44,419 nucleotides of DNA from Bacillota bacterium (lineage in GTDB: Bacteria > Bacillota > UBA4882 > UBA8346). Position numbers and translations under genes: made by a program. Where the stretch lies: the NCBI GenBank assembly GCA_003501365.1, contig DNPP01000050.1, positions 1-44,419 of the forward strand, given 5' to 3'. The notes below the pieces were generated by a model. It saw nothing but the letters and a program-made list of their open reading frames with translations, was not told the origin of the DNA and made no database searches. This document shows positions 8,088-16,104 of this stretch, piece by piece (the first letter of the stretch is position 1; every line of letters begins with the position of its first letter).

Positions 8088-8999
8088 ATGGTAAAGAAGT
8101 TTTTCACCTTATTACTTGCTTCTGGGGTTTTGTTGATACTGTCCGGCTATTCTTCAGGTGCCATACTGCCGGTGTCTTCCCCGTTCAAGCTCGGGGATTC
8201 ATGGTACACCAAGACGGATACCTGGTATTCGATAAAACCGGACAAACCCGATGTCAGTGGTTATGCTCTAAATATTCCAGCTAATTTCTCCGTAGTCGGC
8301 GGAGAATATTATCAAAACGATCAGAGCTTTGCCGATTTATATTTTCAAAATGTAAACCATTCAAACCTGACTTATTTCGGCGGAAGTTATTTATTGGAGT
8401 CCGGGTTCTTTGTCGGCTTGCATTATCTGGAAGTCGGTCCAACAACCGAGACTCTATTGGCTCCGGGGTACCGTTTTAAAATTAATCAGCAAGGCTATGT
8501 GGCGGTGAGTTTTGATTATCTATCCAATGATTATTCAAACACCCATGACATTGTCGGTTTTGACCTGGATTTTAAACTATTCCCCAAGAACATGAAGCTC
8601 AGTGGCCAAATTAGCTTGCCAAACCAAGGAAATGATATCGTCATCAACCTCGATACCAATTACCAGGTGAGTAACAGCGTAGTTGTCGGCGCCGATTATC
8701 TGTCCCAAGGAAGCGATAATGCTTACAGCGCCGGTTTAACTTATACGGTTCAATCGTTTATTATCGATGCTACGCTGGGAAAAACCTTTAGCGAGAATTA
8801 TTACCAATTGGCAGGGACGGATCATCTGAAGGATTTTAGCATCGGGGCTTTATATCAAAAATATCAACATAATAGCGACCCTATAGTGACGATTCAGGGC
8901 AAATATCATCTGGCGAAGGCAGATTTGATTTTGAAGTATACTTTTGAAAATGATACGTATGATCAAGTCACTGTACTGGCGTATGAAAAAAAGCTGTAA
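8088..8999 (+). CDS. Secreted beta-strand-rich protein, possibly an outer-membrane beta-barrel (hypothetical)
   Basis: Good RBS. N-terminal signal peptide MVKKFFTLLLASGVLLILSGYSSGA has no lipobox Cys. There are many 8-10-residue amphipathic stretches with alternating hydrophobic/aromatic residues: YVAVSFDY, IVGFDLDFKLF, VVVGADYL, YSAGLTYTV, FSIGALYQKY, IVTIQGKYHL, DLILKYTFE, VTVLAYEKKL. I did not recognise any family. Confidence 0.6.
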   Translation: MVKKFFTLLLASGVLLILSGYSSGAILPVSSPFKLGDSWYTKTDTWYSIKPDKPDVSGYALNIPANFSVVGGEYYQNDQSFADLYFQNVNHSNLTYFGGSYLLESGFFVGLHYLEVGPTTETLLAPGYRFKINQQGYVAVSFDYLSNDYSNTHDIVGFDLDFKLFPKNMKLSGQISLPNQGNDIVINLDTNYQVSNSVVVGADYLSQGSDNAYSAGLTYTVQSFIIDATLGKTFSENYYQLAGTDHLKDFSIGALYQKYQHNSDPIVTIQGKYHLAKADLILKYTFENDTYDQVTVLAYEKKL

Positions 9000-9040
9000 C
9001 ATTTTATCCATAGCTTAATGGCATTGGGACCAGGGTGTCC

Positions 9041-9366
9041 CCCCAATGTCATCAGGCTAAGAAACCCTATATTGATAGTTCTTTCATCACCCAGGGCAGG
9101 AGCAGGAATTTTACGTCCTCTCATATCCCCTGGGCTGTTTGCCTACAAACCGTCTCAACCCCACAAGGGGCTACATTAAAAAGGTCAGCCTGATTTTAGT
9201 TTGCAAAGCATTTCCCAACCCATTGATGGGGTTGAGATTGGTTTTAAAACTACAGCCCAGAGGTTTTGACAGGGCTTGCAGTTCAACCTCAGCTCTGGGC
9301 GATGAATTCGCGTGCGCGCGCAAATCATTTTCCGTTTCTTGGAAGCTTAACCTGATGGCATTGGGG
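9041..9366. mobile_element. MITE-like non-autonomous element (alternative reading: ~330-nt structured RNA)
   Basis: Terminal inverted repeats CCCCAATGTCATCAGG (9041-9056) and CCTGATGGCATTGGGG (9351-9366) match 15/16. Extended to 9061/9346 they match 19/21. Identical flanking pentamers TGTCC at 9036-9040 and 9367-9371 look like a target-site duplication. The interior has no credible ORF and carries strong local helices. Confidence 0.4.
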
Positions 9367-9422
9367 TGTCCCGGTAACTCTTCTTTTATAGCCTTTTCCT
9401 GGGGAGTGGTCAAGTATCCCTT

Positions 9423-10871
9423 TTAAATTTGCATGTCCGCTTTACTGACCTTGCGGAGTCTACCTTTGATCGGTGTCTTTTGTAACTCCCGCAGAACCAA
9501 CTCGCCTTTATTATTTAATATTTCTACAAAGGTAGAGATATCCCGGACATTGATGATCCCGATATCCGCCGCCGTCATCCCGTTAATATTGCAAAGGGTA
9601 CCGACGATGTCGACCGGTCTCATCTTGGTTTTCTTGCCGGCATTGATATGGATTTTCATAATTTCTTTGCTGAGTTGGGCGCCTTTGGCTGCTTTCATTT
9701 CCGGAGCGGCCTTGGTTTTTTCTTCAAACTCCGGTTTGGAATGATGCACTGTTTCCGGCTCCGGCCTTTCTTGCAAAGGGATCTCTTGGCCGATATATTG
9801 ATGGATTGCCGCTAAAAACTTATCTTCATATGGGGTCACAAACGTAATGGCTTTACCCGGCCGATTCTTACGTCCCGTTCTGCCAATCCGGTGAATATAG
9901 CTTTCACACTCGAGCGGCAGGTCGTAATTGATGACCAGGGAAATATCTTCGATATCGATCCCTCTGGCTGCAACATCGGTGGCTACCAAATATCGAAAAG
10001 AGCCCTGCTTAAAATCATTCATGGCTCTCAAGCGCTCCCGTTGTTCCATTCCCCCATGAATTTTCTCACAAGTGTACTTTAGCTTTTGCAGCCCCTGATA
10101 AACCTGATCCACCGTTTGCTTGGTATTGCAAAATATGATGCAACTGTCGGGGTTTTCAACGATGGTGATGTCTCTTAAAAGGTTTGGCTTATCGTTTCGA
10201 TCGATGGTATATCTTACTTGCGATATCCGGTGGGACGCGGAGTCTGGCTCTTCTATTTCAACGCGGATAGGGCCTTTCATGTATTTTTCACATAAAAGTA
10301 TGATGTCTTTGGGCATGGTTGCTGACAACACGATCGTAACCCGCTCTTTCGGCAAGCCGGTGATGATGGTCTCGATCTGCTCGATGAACCCCATATTCAG
10401 CATTTTATCCGCTTCGTCGATGACCAGATATTTTATTTGAGAAGTATCGAATGTTCCTCTTTCCAGATGATCGATAATTCGTCCCGGTGTGCCAACCACC
10501 ACATGGGTTTTTTGTTTCAGTTCCTTGATTTGAATCATTAAAGGAGCCTTCCCGTATATTGCCGACACTTTAAGTCGTTTAAACCGACCGATATTAAAAA
10601 TATCTTCTTTGACTTGGATAGCCAGTTCCCGGGTCGGGGCAATCACTAACGCTTGCGGTTTATTTTCTTCCCAATCGACTAATTCGCAAATCGGAATGGC
10701 ATATGCCGCCGTTTTCCCACTGCCGGTTTGGGACCTCACGATGATATCCCGCTGTTTCAAAACAGCCGGTATAACCTGGGCTTGGACCTGGGTCGGACTG
10801 GTAAAATCCAGCAAACCAATTGCTTTTAATAACTCACTGCTTAATGGATAATCGTTAAAATTCGCTTCCAT
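9423..10871 (-). CDS. dbpA: DEAD-box ATP-dependent RNA helicase with C-terminal DbpA RNA-binding domain (DbpA/YxiN type)
   Basis: Q-motif region FTSPTQVQ. Also SQTGSGKTAAY, PTRELA, DEAD (LVIDEADKM), SAT, ARGIDI, HRIGRTGR. The C-terminal segment KIHINAGKKTKMRPVDIVGTL...IGIINVRDISTFVEI is typical of DbpA. Start re-called to ATG 10871 (482 aa), because a consensus promoter lies inside the 5' extension given by the track. Confidence 0.88.
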   Translation of the reverse strand: MEANFNDYPLSSELLKAIGLLDFTSPTQVQAQVIPAVLKQRDIIVRSQTGSGKTAAYAIPICELVDWEENKPQALVIAPTRELAIQVKEDIFNIGRFKRLKVSAIYGKAPLMIQIKELKQKTHVVVGTPGRIIDHLERGTFDTSQIKYLVIDEADKMLNMGFIEQIETIITGLPKERVTIVLSATMPKDIILLCEKYMKGPIRVEIEEPDSASHRISQVRYTIDRNDKPNLLRDITIVENPDSCIIFCNTKQTVDQVYQGLQKLKYTCEKIHGGMEQRERLRAMNDFKQGSFRYLVATDVAARGIDIEDISLVINYDLPLECESYIHRIGRTGRKNRPGKAITFVTPYEDKFLAAIHQYIGQEIPLQERPEPETVHHSKPEFEEKTKAAPEMKAAKGAQLSKEIMKIHINAGKKTKMRPVDIVGTLCNINGMTAADIGIINVRDISTFVEILNNKGELVLRELQKTPIKGRLRKVSKADMQI

Positions 10872-10959
10872 CACTTCATCATCTCTTCCCGCAGGCTTTA
10901 TGGCAATTATTATTATATCCGCGCTGCTGTTAAAATACATTGATAATCGATACCCTAGT

Positions 10960-10988
10960 ATTCTAGACCACCGAGGCACCCCTGTCAA
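10960..10988 (-). promoter_or_regulatory. Sigma-A promoter of the helicase gene
   Basis: Minus strand reads TTGACA (10988-10983), 17 nt, TAGAAT (10965-10960). This predicts a 5' UTR of about 80 nt. Confidence 0.6.
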
Positions 10989-11173
10989 ATGATCCGCTCC
11001 GGGCTTTGGCGAAATGAGAGAGAACCGTGATGGGCCGATCGGGGGCTAAAGCCGTCAGGCTGCAAGATGAAAGGGCTTTGCCCATTTGAGAACGTTGGGA
11101 TAGCTGGGCCGTCAATTAACTTATCCAACTGGGGGTTTGAATGTAGCAACGCTGTGTTTTTTAAGAATCGATA

Positions 11174-11202
11174 TTGACTTTCGATGCCGGACTATTTATA
11201 AT
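11174..11202 (+). promoter_or_regulatory. Sigma-A promoter of the T-box/trpB2 transcript
   Basis: TTGACT (11174-11179), exactly 17 nt, TATAAT (11197-11202). Confidence 0.7.
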
Positions 11203-11208
11203 AAATAA

Positions 11209-11558
11209 CACAGTAAATTATTGTAAAATTCATAATCAAAAATATATCAAACCGTTGAGTAAGAATAGTAGGTATAGCGGCGTGTGTCCGCGTGCGACTT
11301 ATTTTCAGAGAGCTGCAGATGATGGAATTGCAGCAATAAAGCGCTTTACCGAATGGACTTATGAGGGCAGGGAGAAAGGCAGCTCGCATGCACGCGCGAC
11401 TTGCCGAGTAATACCTGACGGAATCTCCATCCGTTACCAAGAGAGCATATATGGTAGTATATGTAACGAGAGGGCGCAGCCGCGCTTAACCGGGTGGTAC
11501 CGCAGAAGTCGGAAATCAGCTTTTGTCCCAGTTTATACTGAGACAGGGGCTTTTTTTA
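11209..11558 (+). promoter_or_regulatory. T-box riboswitch leader, tryptophan-specific (UGG specifier)
   Basis: Canonical T-box sequence CGGGTGGTACCGCAG at 11491-11505. AGAGAG element at 11307-11312. Specifier-loop-like GAA-TGG-A at 11351-11357, with UGG at 11354-11356. A terminator follows immediately. The downstream gene is a Trp-synthase beta paralogue. Confidence 0.85.
11518..11558 (+). terminator. T-box attenuator terminator
   Basis: AGCTTTTGTCCCAG (11518-11531) pairs with CTGAGACAGGGGCT (11538-11551): 13 of 14 positions pair, including 3 G.U, with a 6-nt loop. Followed by TTTTTTT. Confidence 0.8.
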
Positions 11559-11614
11559 TAGTAAAGTAAAGGTGTTTCTTTTCAGAAACCAAGAAGAGAC
11601 AAGGAGAGATGAGA

Positions 11615-13000
11615 ATGATGATGTCAAAGAAAGTCCCGCACCGAGTTTATCTTACCGAGGAGCAGATGCCCAAACAATGGTACAATATCCGTTCGGACAT
11701 GAAGCAGCAGCCCGACCCGATGTTGAACCCGGCGACCATGCAGCCTGTAACCGCCGAAGATTTATATCCGGTTTTTTGTGAGGAGCTTGCCCAGCAGGAA
11801 GTGGATGAAACTACCCGATATTTTGATATCCCCGGAGAGGTGTTGGATTTTTATAAAATGTACCGTCCTTCGCCCCTGATTCGCGCCTTTAACCTTGAGA
11901 AGGCTTTAGGCACCCCGGCCAAAATTTATTATAAATTTGAAGGCAACAATACCTCCGGCAGCCATAAGCTGAACTCAGCCGCTGCCCAGGCATATTATGC
12001 GAAAAAGCAAGGACTGACCAGCCTGACCACGGAGACCGGCGCCGGCCAATGGGGCACTGCCTTGGCGGAATCATGCGCCTTTTTTAAGCTGCCCTTAACG
12101 GTATATATGGTTAAGTGTTCTTACGAACAAAAACCTTTCCGGCGATCGGTCATTCAAACCTTCGGCGCCGATATTATTCCCAGCCCCAGCACAACCACAA
12201 ACGCCGGCCGCGCCATCCTTGAGAAAAATCCCGATACCGGGGGCAGTCTTGGCTGCGCCATCTCCGAAGCAGTAGAAAAGGCTGTAACCACCAAAGGATG
12301 CCGCTATGTCCTCGGCTCAGTATTGAATCAGGTTTTATTACACCAATCCATTATCGGCTTGGAGTCCAAACTGGCCCTGGAAATACTGGACGAATATCCG
12401 GATATCATTATCGGCTGCGCCGGCGGCGGTTCCAATTTAGGCGGTTTGATTGCTCCCTTTATCCAAGATAAATTATTGGGCAAGGCTTCGCCAAGAATTA
12501 TCGCCGTAGAACCTGCCTCCTGTCCCTCTTTAACCCGGGGCCGTTATGCTTATGATTTTTGCGACACCGGTAAAACAACCCCCTTGGCCAAAATGTACAC
12601 TCTGGGATGCGAATTTGCGCCATCGCCCAACCACGCTGGAGGTTTACGCTATCACGGAATGTCGCCAATCCTGTCTAAACTTTACCATGATGGTTATATG
12701 GAGGCGGTGGCAGTAGAACAGACCAAGGTCTTTGAGGCGGCGACTTTCTTTGCAACCCAAGAGACGATCCTTCCGGCTCCGGAGTCGGCTCATGCCATCC
12801 GGACCGCCATCGATGAAGCCTTGAAATGCAAGGAAACCGGTGAAGCAAAGACGATTCTGTTCGGTCTTACCGGAACCGGTTATTTTGATATGACTGCCTA
12901 TGATGCTTATTTAAACGGCAGCATGACCGATTATATTCCTAGTGATGAGGATCTGCAGCAAGGCTTTGATAAGCTGCCGCAAATTCCGGGGGTCAAGTAA
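11615..13000 (+). CDS. trpB2: TrpB2-type tryptophan synthase beta-chain paralogue (PLP-dependent, stand-alone)
   Basis: Contains QWYNIRSDM, YYKFEGNNTSGSHKLNSA (PLP lysine), TETGAGQWG, GGGSNLGG, GGLRYHGM. These match TrpB2 hallmarks, as does the ~460-aa length with an N-terminal extension. GGAG at 11603-11606 favours ATG 11615. ATGs at 11609, 11618 and 11621 are also possible. Confidence 0.88.
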   Translation: MMMSKKVPHRVYLTEEQMPKQWYNIRSDMKQQPDPMLNPATMQPVTAEDLYPVFCEELAQQEVDETTRYFDIPGEVLDFYKMYRPSPLIRAFNLEKALGTPAKIYYKFEGNNTSGSHKLNSAAAQAYYAKKQGLTSLTTETGAGQWGTALAESCAFFKLPLTVYMVKCSYEQKPFRRSVIQTFGADIIPSPSTTTNAGRAILEKNPDTGGSLGCAISEAVEKAVTTKGCRYVLGSVLNQVLLHQSIIGLESKLALEILDEYPDIIIGCAGGGSNLGGLIAPFIQDKLLGKASPRIIAVEPASCPSLTRGRYAYDFCDTGKTTPLAKMYTLGCEFAPSPNHAGGLRYHGMSPILSKLYHDGYMEAVAVEQTKVFEAATFFATQETILPAPESAHAIRTAIDEALKCKETGEAKTILFGLTGTGYFDMTAYDAYLNGSMTDYIPSDEDLQQGFDKLPQIPGVK

Positions 13001-13038
13001 GAGTAACTTTTGCAACTAAAAAACTAAGCGCTGACCAT

Positions 13039-13078
13039 AAGGCTCAACTTGTTGTGTTTCAATATCCAGTTGAGCCTT
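13039..13078. terminator. Bidirectional stem-loop between convergent trpB2 and the methyltransferase gene
   Basis: AAGGCTCAACT (13039-13049) / AGTTGAGCCTT (13068-13078): 11 bp perfect with an 18-nt loop. T-rich on the plus side. Confidence 0.55.
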
Positions 13079-13090
13079 TAAATTTTAATC

Positions 13091-13654
13091 TCACGCCGTC
13101 AATAATACCCCATGGCTTCCTTTGATCTCCAAATATTCTTTGACTTTAAAACCGGTTTGTTGGGCTATTTCAACCTCGTTGTTAAATTCATCCTTGGAAA
13201 CATGGTGGCTCGGCTCGGAAATCAAGAGACAACCACCTAATTTTAGTGTTTGATGAGCTTCCTTCATAAAATTCAATGAATCGGGCACTTCATGAACCAC
13301 CCCAAAGGCCAGGAAAAAATCAATTTCCCCAGCCAAGTCGGAAATCTCCAATGAACCGGAAGCACAAATCCTGGTTTCAATTCTATCGAACAGTCCGGCT
13401 TTGGCCGCTCTTCTGGTTAGGCCTTTAATCATTTGTTCCTGAAGATCGATACAAACAACCCGACCTTTCACCCCAACCAGCCTCGCGATTGGCAAACTGA
13501 AAAAGCCCATACCGCTACCGGCATCGATCACGTTCATATTTTCCTTGATATAGGGTTTTAAAATTTTTTCGGGATTCTGGGTCACCCGCCGCAGGGGATT
13601 CATTAGTAAATACCCCAGCCACCAGGGGTAAACCGGTTTAGCCATTTTGATCAC
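13091..13654 (-). CDS. Class I SAM-dependent methyltransferase
   Basis: 187 aa. SAM motif I VIDAGSGMGFFSLPIA. Acidic post-I residue in VVCIDL. GAGGTG RBS upstream of the ATG. Confidence 0.75.
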   Translation of the reverse strand: MIKMAKPVYPWWLGYLLMNPLRRVTQNPEKILKPYIKENMNVIDAGSGMGFFSLPIARLVGVKGRVVCIDLQEQMIKGLTRRAAKAGLFDRIETRICASGSLEISDLAGEIDFFLAFGVVHEVPDSLNFMKEAHQTLKLGGCLLISEPSHHVSKDEFNNEVEIAQQTGFKVKEYLEIKGSHGVLLTA

Positions 13655-13842
13655 CTCAAATAAATTGATAATAGGGACTTCTCTTATTAGACGTAAACTT
13701 AATGGTTTTTATTGCATTTTTGTACAGTTTTGTACAGTATTGATGTGGTCGTACCCTCCCAACAAAATTTATTTGAACTGGGAGCAAAGGGAATTTGCAT
13801 CGCTCCAGCCGCTGGCAGGACAGGCTGATTAGGGGTGAACTA

Positions 13843-13882
13843 AATAAACAAAAAACTCCACTTTTTTAAAGAAATGGAGTTT
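13843..13882 (-). terminator. Terminator downstream of the URO-D-family gene
   Basis: AAACTCCA / TGGAGTTT, 8 bp, followed on the minus strand by TTTTGTTTATTT. Confidence 0.55.
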
Positions 13883-14003
13883 AGATATTAATCGACAAAA
13901 AGTAATTTCATACAAATTTACATTCAAATCGATACTGACCGAGAGCATATTTGTCTTATATACCAAGTTGCATATGAATACCTTTTTTAAATGCAACCTG
14001 GTA

Positions 14004-15143
14004 TTAAAATCTGCCCTGAAGTAAATCCAGTTTCCGTTGCATATAATACTGAAAATCGGCTAGAGAAACATCGGGCGGTACTAGATGATCCACGGTAGGA
14101 ATAAAGCCACCCTCTTCAATTAAAGGAACCAGTGACGCCAGATGGGTGTCAATCGCTTCTTTTCCTTTGGCAAGCTCCATTTTATCAACCCCGCCCCACA
14201 GCCGCAACTCTTTCCCAAATTTCCGGCGAATTTTAACCGGGTCCATGCCGGCTGCCCTTTCCAACGGCCAAATCGCATCGACTCCCGCCTCCAGCAGTAG
14301 CGGAATCAGCAATTCACAATTGCCATCCGTATCGACAGCCACATATCGAACGCCATTTTTTTTGAAATAGTCAACCAACTTTTGCATATGCGGAAAAATA
14401 AAGGTTCGGTACTGCTCGGGACTAAGTAAGGGACCGTTCTTCATCGACATATCTTCACTAATCATCACATAATCAATATCGGTATGTTCCAAAACCGGTC
14501 GCGAGACTTCAATGGTAAAATTCCCAATAAACTCCATCATTTCGTGTAAAAGCTCCGGTTGATCATACAAGGCATAACACAGATTTTCAGTGCCCATCCA
14601 TTCTCTAGCCCGCCAATAAAAACCTCCCGTACTGCAATTGCGTCCCAAAATCAATACATGTTCCCGGTTTTTCCAGCGCGGCAGCATAATCTCCCGCCAC
14701 TGGGCCGGATAGCGGCTTCCCAGCTTGGTAAGGTAACGCTTTTTCAGTTCACGAAAATCATTCAAATCGCTTACCGGGAAACGAAGATATTGGTCCATGC
14801 ATGCTCGCATATTTCCCGAAGTGCCCTCAATAAGAGCTTTACTAACCACTCCATTCGAATTTCTGATGATTTCATAACGGTCGTCTTTTTCCAGGACTTC
14901 CCGGGCAAACTCCGGCTTCATTCCGTAATTGACATCGATAAATTCCCGGACATCCATTCCAAATTTTTCTTCACCAGTAAACCAGTCCCAATGCAAACTA
15001 TAGCGGTCGAGTCCTTCCTTTTCCCAGCGGTCAATCGTTTGTTCCCAGACGCCCGCTTCCCAATTGGGCACCCGATCTACCGCTTTATATTCCATGGCCT
15101 GTAAAAACCGTTCCCGCCCGGTTAATGGTTTGGTGGTAAACAT
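14004..15143 (-). CDS. Uroporphyrinogen-decarboxylase (URO-D/MtaA-like) family protein, function unknown
   Basis: 379 aa. N-terminus LTGRERFLQAMEYKAVDRVPNWE is typical of URO-D-like proteins found in sugar loci. TIM-barrel-sized. No heme-pathway neighbours. Confidence 0.55.
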   Translation of the reverse strand: MFTTKPLTGRERFLQAMEYKAVDRVPNWEAGVWEQTIDRWEKEGLDRYSLHWDWFTGEEKFGMDVREFIDVNYGMKPEFAREVLEKDDRYEIIRNSNGVVSKALIEGTSGNMRACMDQYLRFPVSDLNDFRELKKRYLTKLGSRYPAQWREIMLPRWKNREHVLILGRNCSTGGFYWRAREWMGTENLCYALYDQPELLHEMMEFIGNFTIEVSRPVLEHTDIDYVMISEDMSMKNGPLLSPEQYRTFIFPHMQKLVDYFKKNGVRYVAVDTDGNCELLIPLLLEAGVDAIWPLERAAGMDPVKIRRKFGKELRLWGGVDKMELAKGKEAIDTHLASLVPLIEEGGFIPTVDHLVPPDVSLADFQYYMQRKLDLLQGRF

Positions 15144-15228
15144 TCAACATCCCTCGCATTATCATTTATTCGATAATCTTAGTTTAACAGGGATAGACGG
15201 CTGAGGGTTAGCATAAAACATGATAAAA

Positions 15229-16104
15229 TTAGCATAAATTATGTTTCTTCTGATACTGGGTAGGGGAGCAACCCGCAATCGAATGAAATAGCCTTGAAAA
15301 ATAGTTTACATCACCAACGCCTACAATTTCAGCTACTTCGGATATGGTGTATTTTCCGGTATCCAAAAGCCGGGTCGCTTTGGCAATCCGGATCTTGTTA
15401 ATGTAGTCGATGGGAGTGAGGCCGGTTGTTTCCCGGAAGACTTTACGAAAGTAATCCGGGCTTAAATATACCCTGGCGGCGAGATCAGCCACTTTTAAAT
15501 CACCATTCAAATTCTCTTCAATATAATGCAGCGCTTCAGCCAGCATTTCCCGTTTGCCGTCAAAAAATCTCGGCCGTTCGGAAAACTGCTTTTCCCAGGA
15601 ACGTCCCAGTAAAGCCAGGAACATAATCAAATTAGCTTTTAGAGTAAGCTGAAAACCGGTTTGACGATTTCGTTTTTCGGCGATCATTTGTTTCAAGAGG
15701 GCTTCGATAGTTAATACTTCCGCCGGTTGTAAGTGCAGTATCTCCTGGTGGTTTAATTCGCTGCGGTAAAAAGGTTCCACCATCAGAAAATCATAGAGGC
15801 CGCCCATTTCTTTTATATGCTTCCAATCTTCTCCCAATGCCTCCGGATAAAACAAACAATTATAGATAACGGTTTTCGAGGTTATGGAATAGGAATGCTC
15901 TTCATGAGGAATTACAATAAAGACATCGCCCGGTATCAACGTTATCTCAGTCCCATGATATTGATGCCGGCACGAACCGTAAGCCATGAAAACAATTTCA
16001 ATGAAGTTATGGCGGTGCAAACTTACTGGAGCATCGCTTATATACAGGGCCACTTCAATTAAGTCTTCAGCCTTAGCCGGCCAGGAAATATAATTGTTAT
16101 CCAT
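15229..16104 (-). CDS. AraC/XylS family transcriptional regulator (cupin sensor + HTH)
   Basis: N-terminal cupin-like segment HRHNFIEIVFMAYGSCRH. C-terminal dual HTH DLAARVYLSPDYFRKVFRETTGLTPIDYINKIRIAKA...VAEIVGVGDVNYFSRLFHSIAGCSPTQY. Confidence 0.88.
   Translation of the reverse strand: MDNNYISWPAKAEDLIEVALYISDAPVSLHRHNFIEIVFMAYGSCRHQYHGTEITLIPGDVFIVIPHEEHSYSITSKTVIYNCLFYPEALGEDWKHIKEMGGLYDFLMVEPFYRSELNHQEILHLQPAEVLTIEALLKQMIAEKRNRQTGFQLTLKANLIMFLALLGRSWEKQFSERPRFFDGKREMLAEALHYIEENLNGDLKVADLAARVYLSPDYFRKVFRETTGLTPIDYINKIRIAKATRLLDTGKYTISEVAEIVGVGDVNYFSRLFHSIAGCSPTQYQKKHNLC

Noticed and set aside
9139-9426. ORFs 9139-9426 (+, 95 aa) and 9171-9413 (-, 80 aa) in the convergent spacer.
   Set aside because: They overlap each other on opposite strands and have no RBS. 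Their sequences look non-protein-like (R/L/P/C-rich). The region is better explained by the inverted-repeat element and its helices.
10872-10988. 5' extensions of track ORFs. Examples: helicase to 10988, SBP to 26761, permease to 28800, sigH to 2649, argH to 7959, RR to 30725, GH to 35516, esterase to 43574.
   Set aside because: The extensions begin at TTG or GTG without an RBS and add non-homologous residues. In the helicase case the extension contains the gene's own TTGACA-17-TAGAAT promoter. Internal starts have proper Shine-Dalgarno spacing.
11174-11781. ORFs 11174-11569 (+), 11192-11440 (-) and 11572-11781 (+).
   Set aside because: The first two cover the T-box leader, which contains a promoter, a specifier, the T-box core and a terminator. 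The third is an out-of-frame overlap of the trpB2 start.
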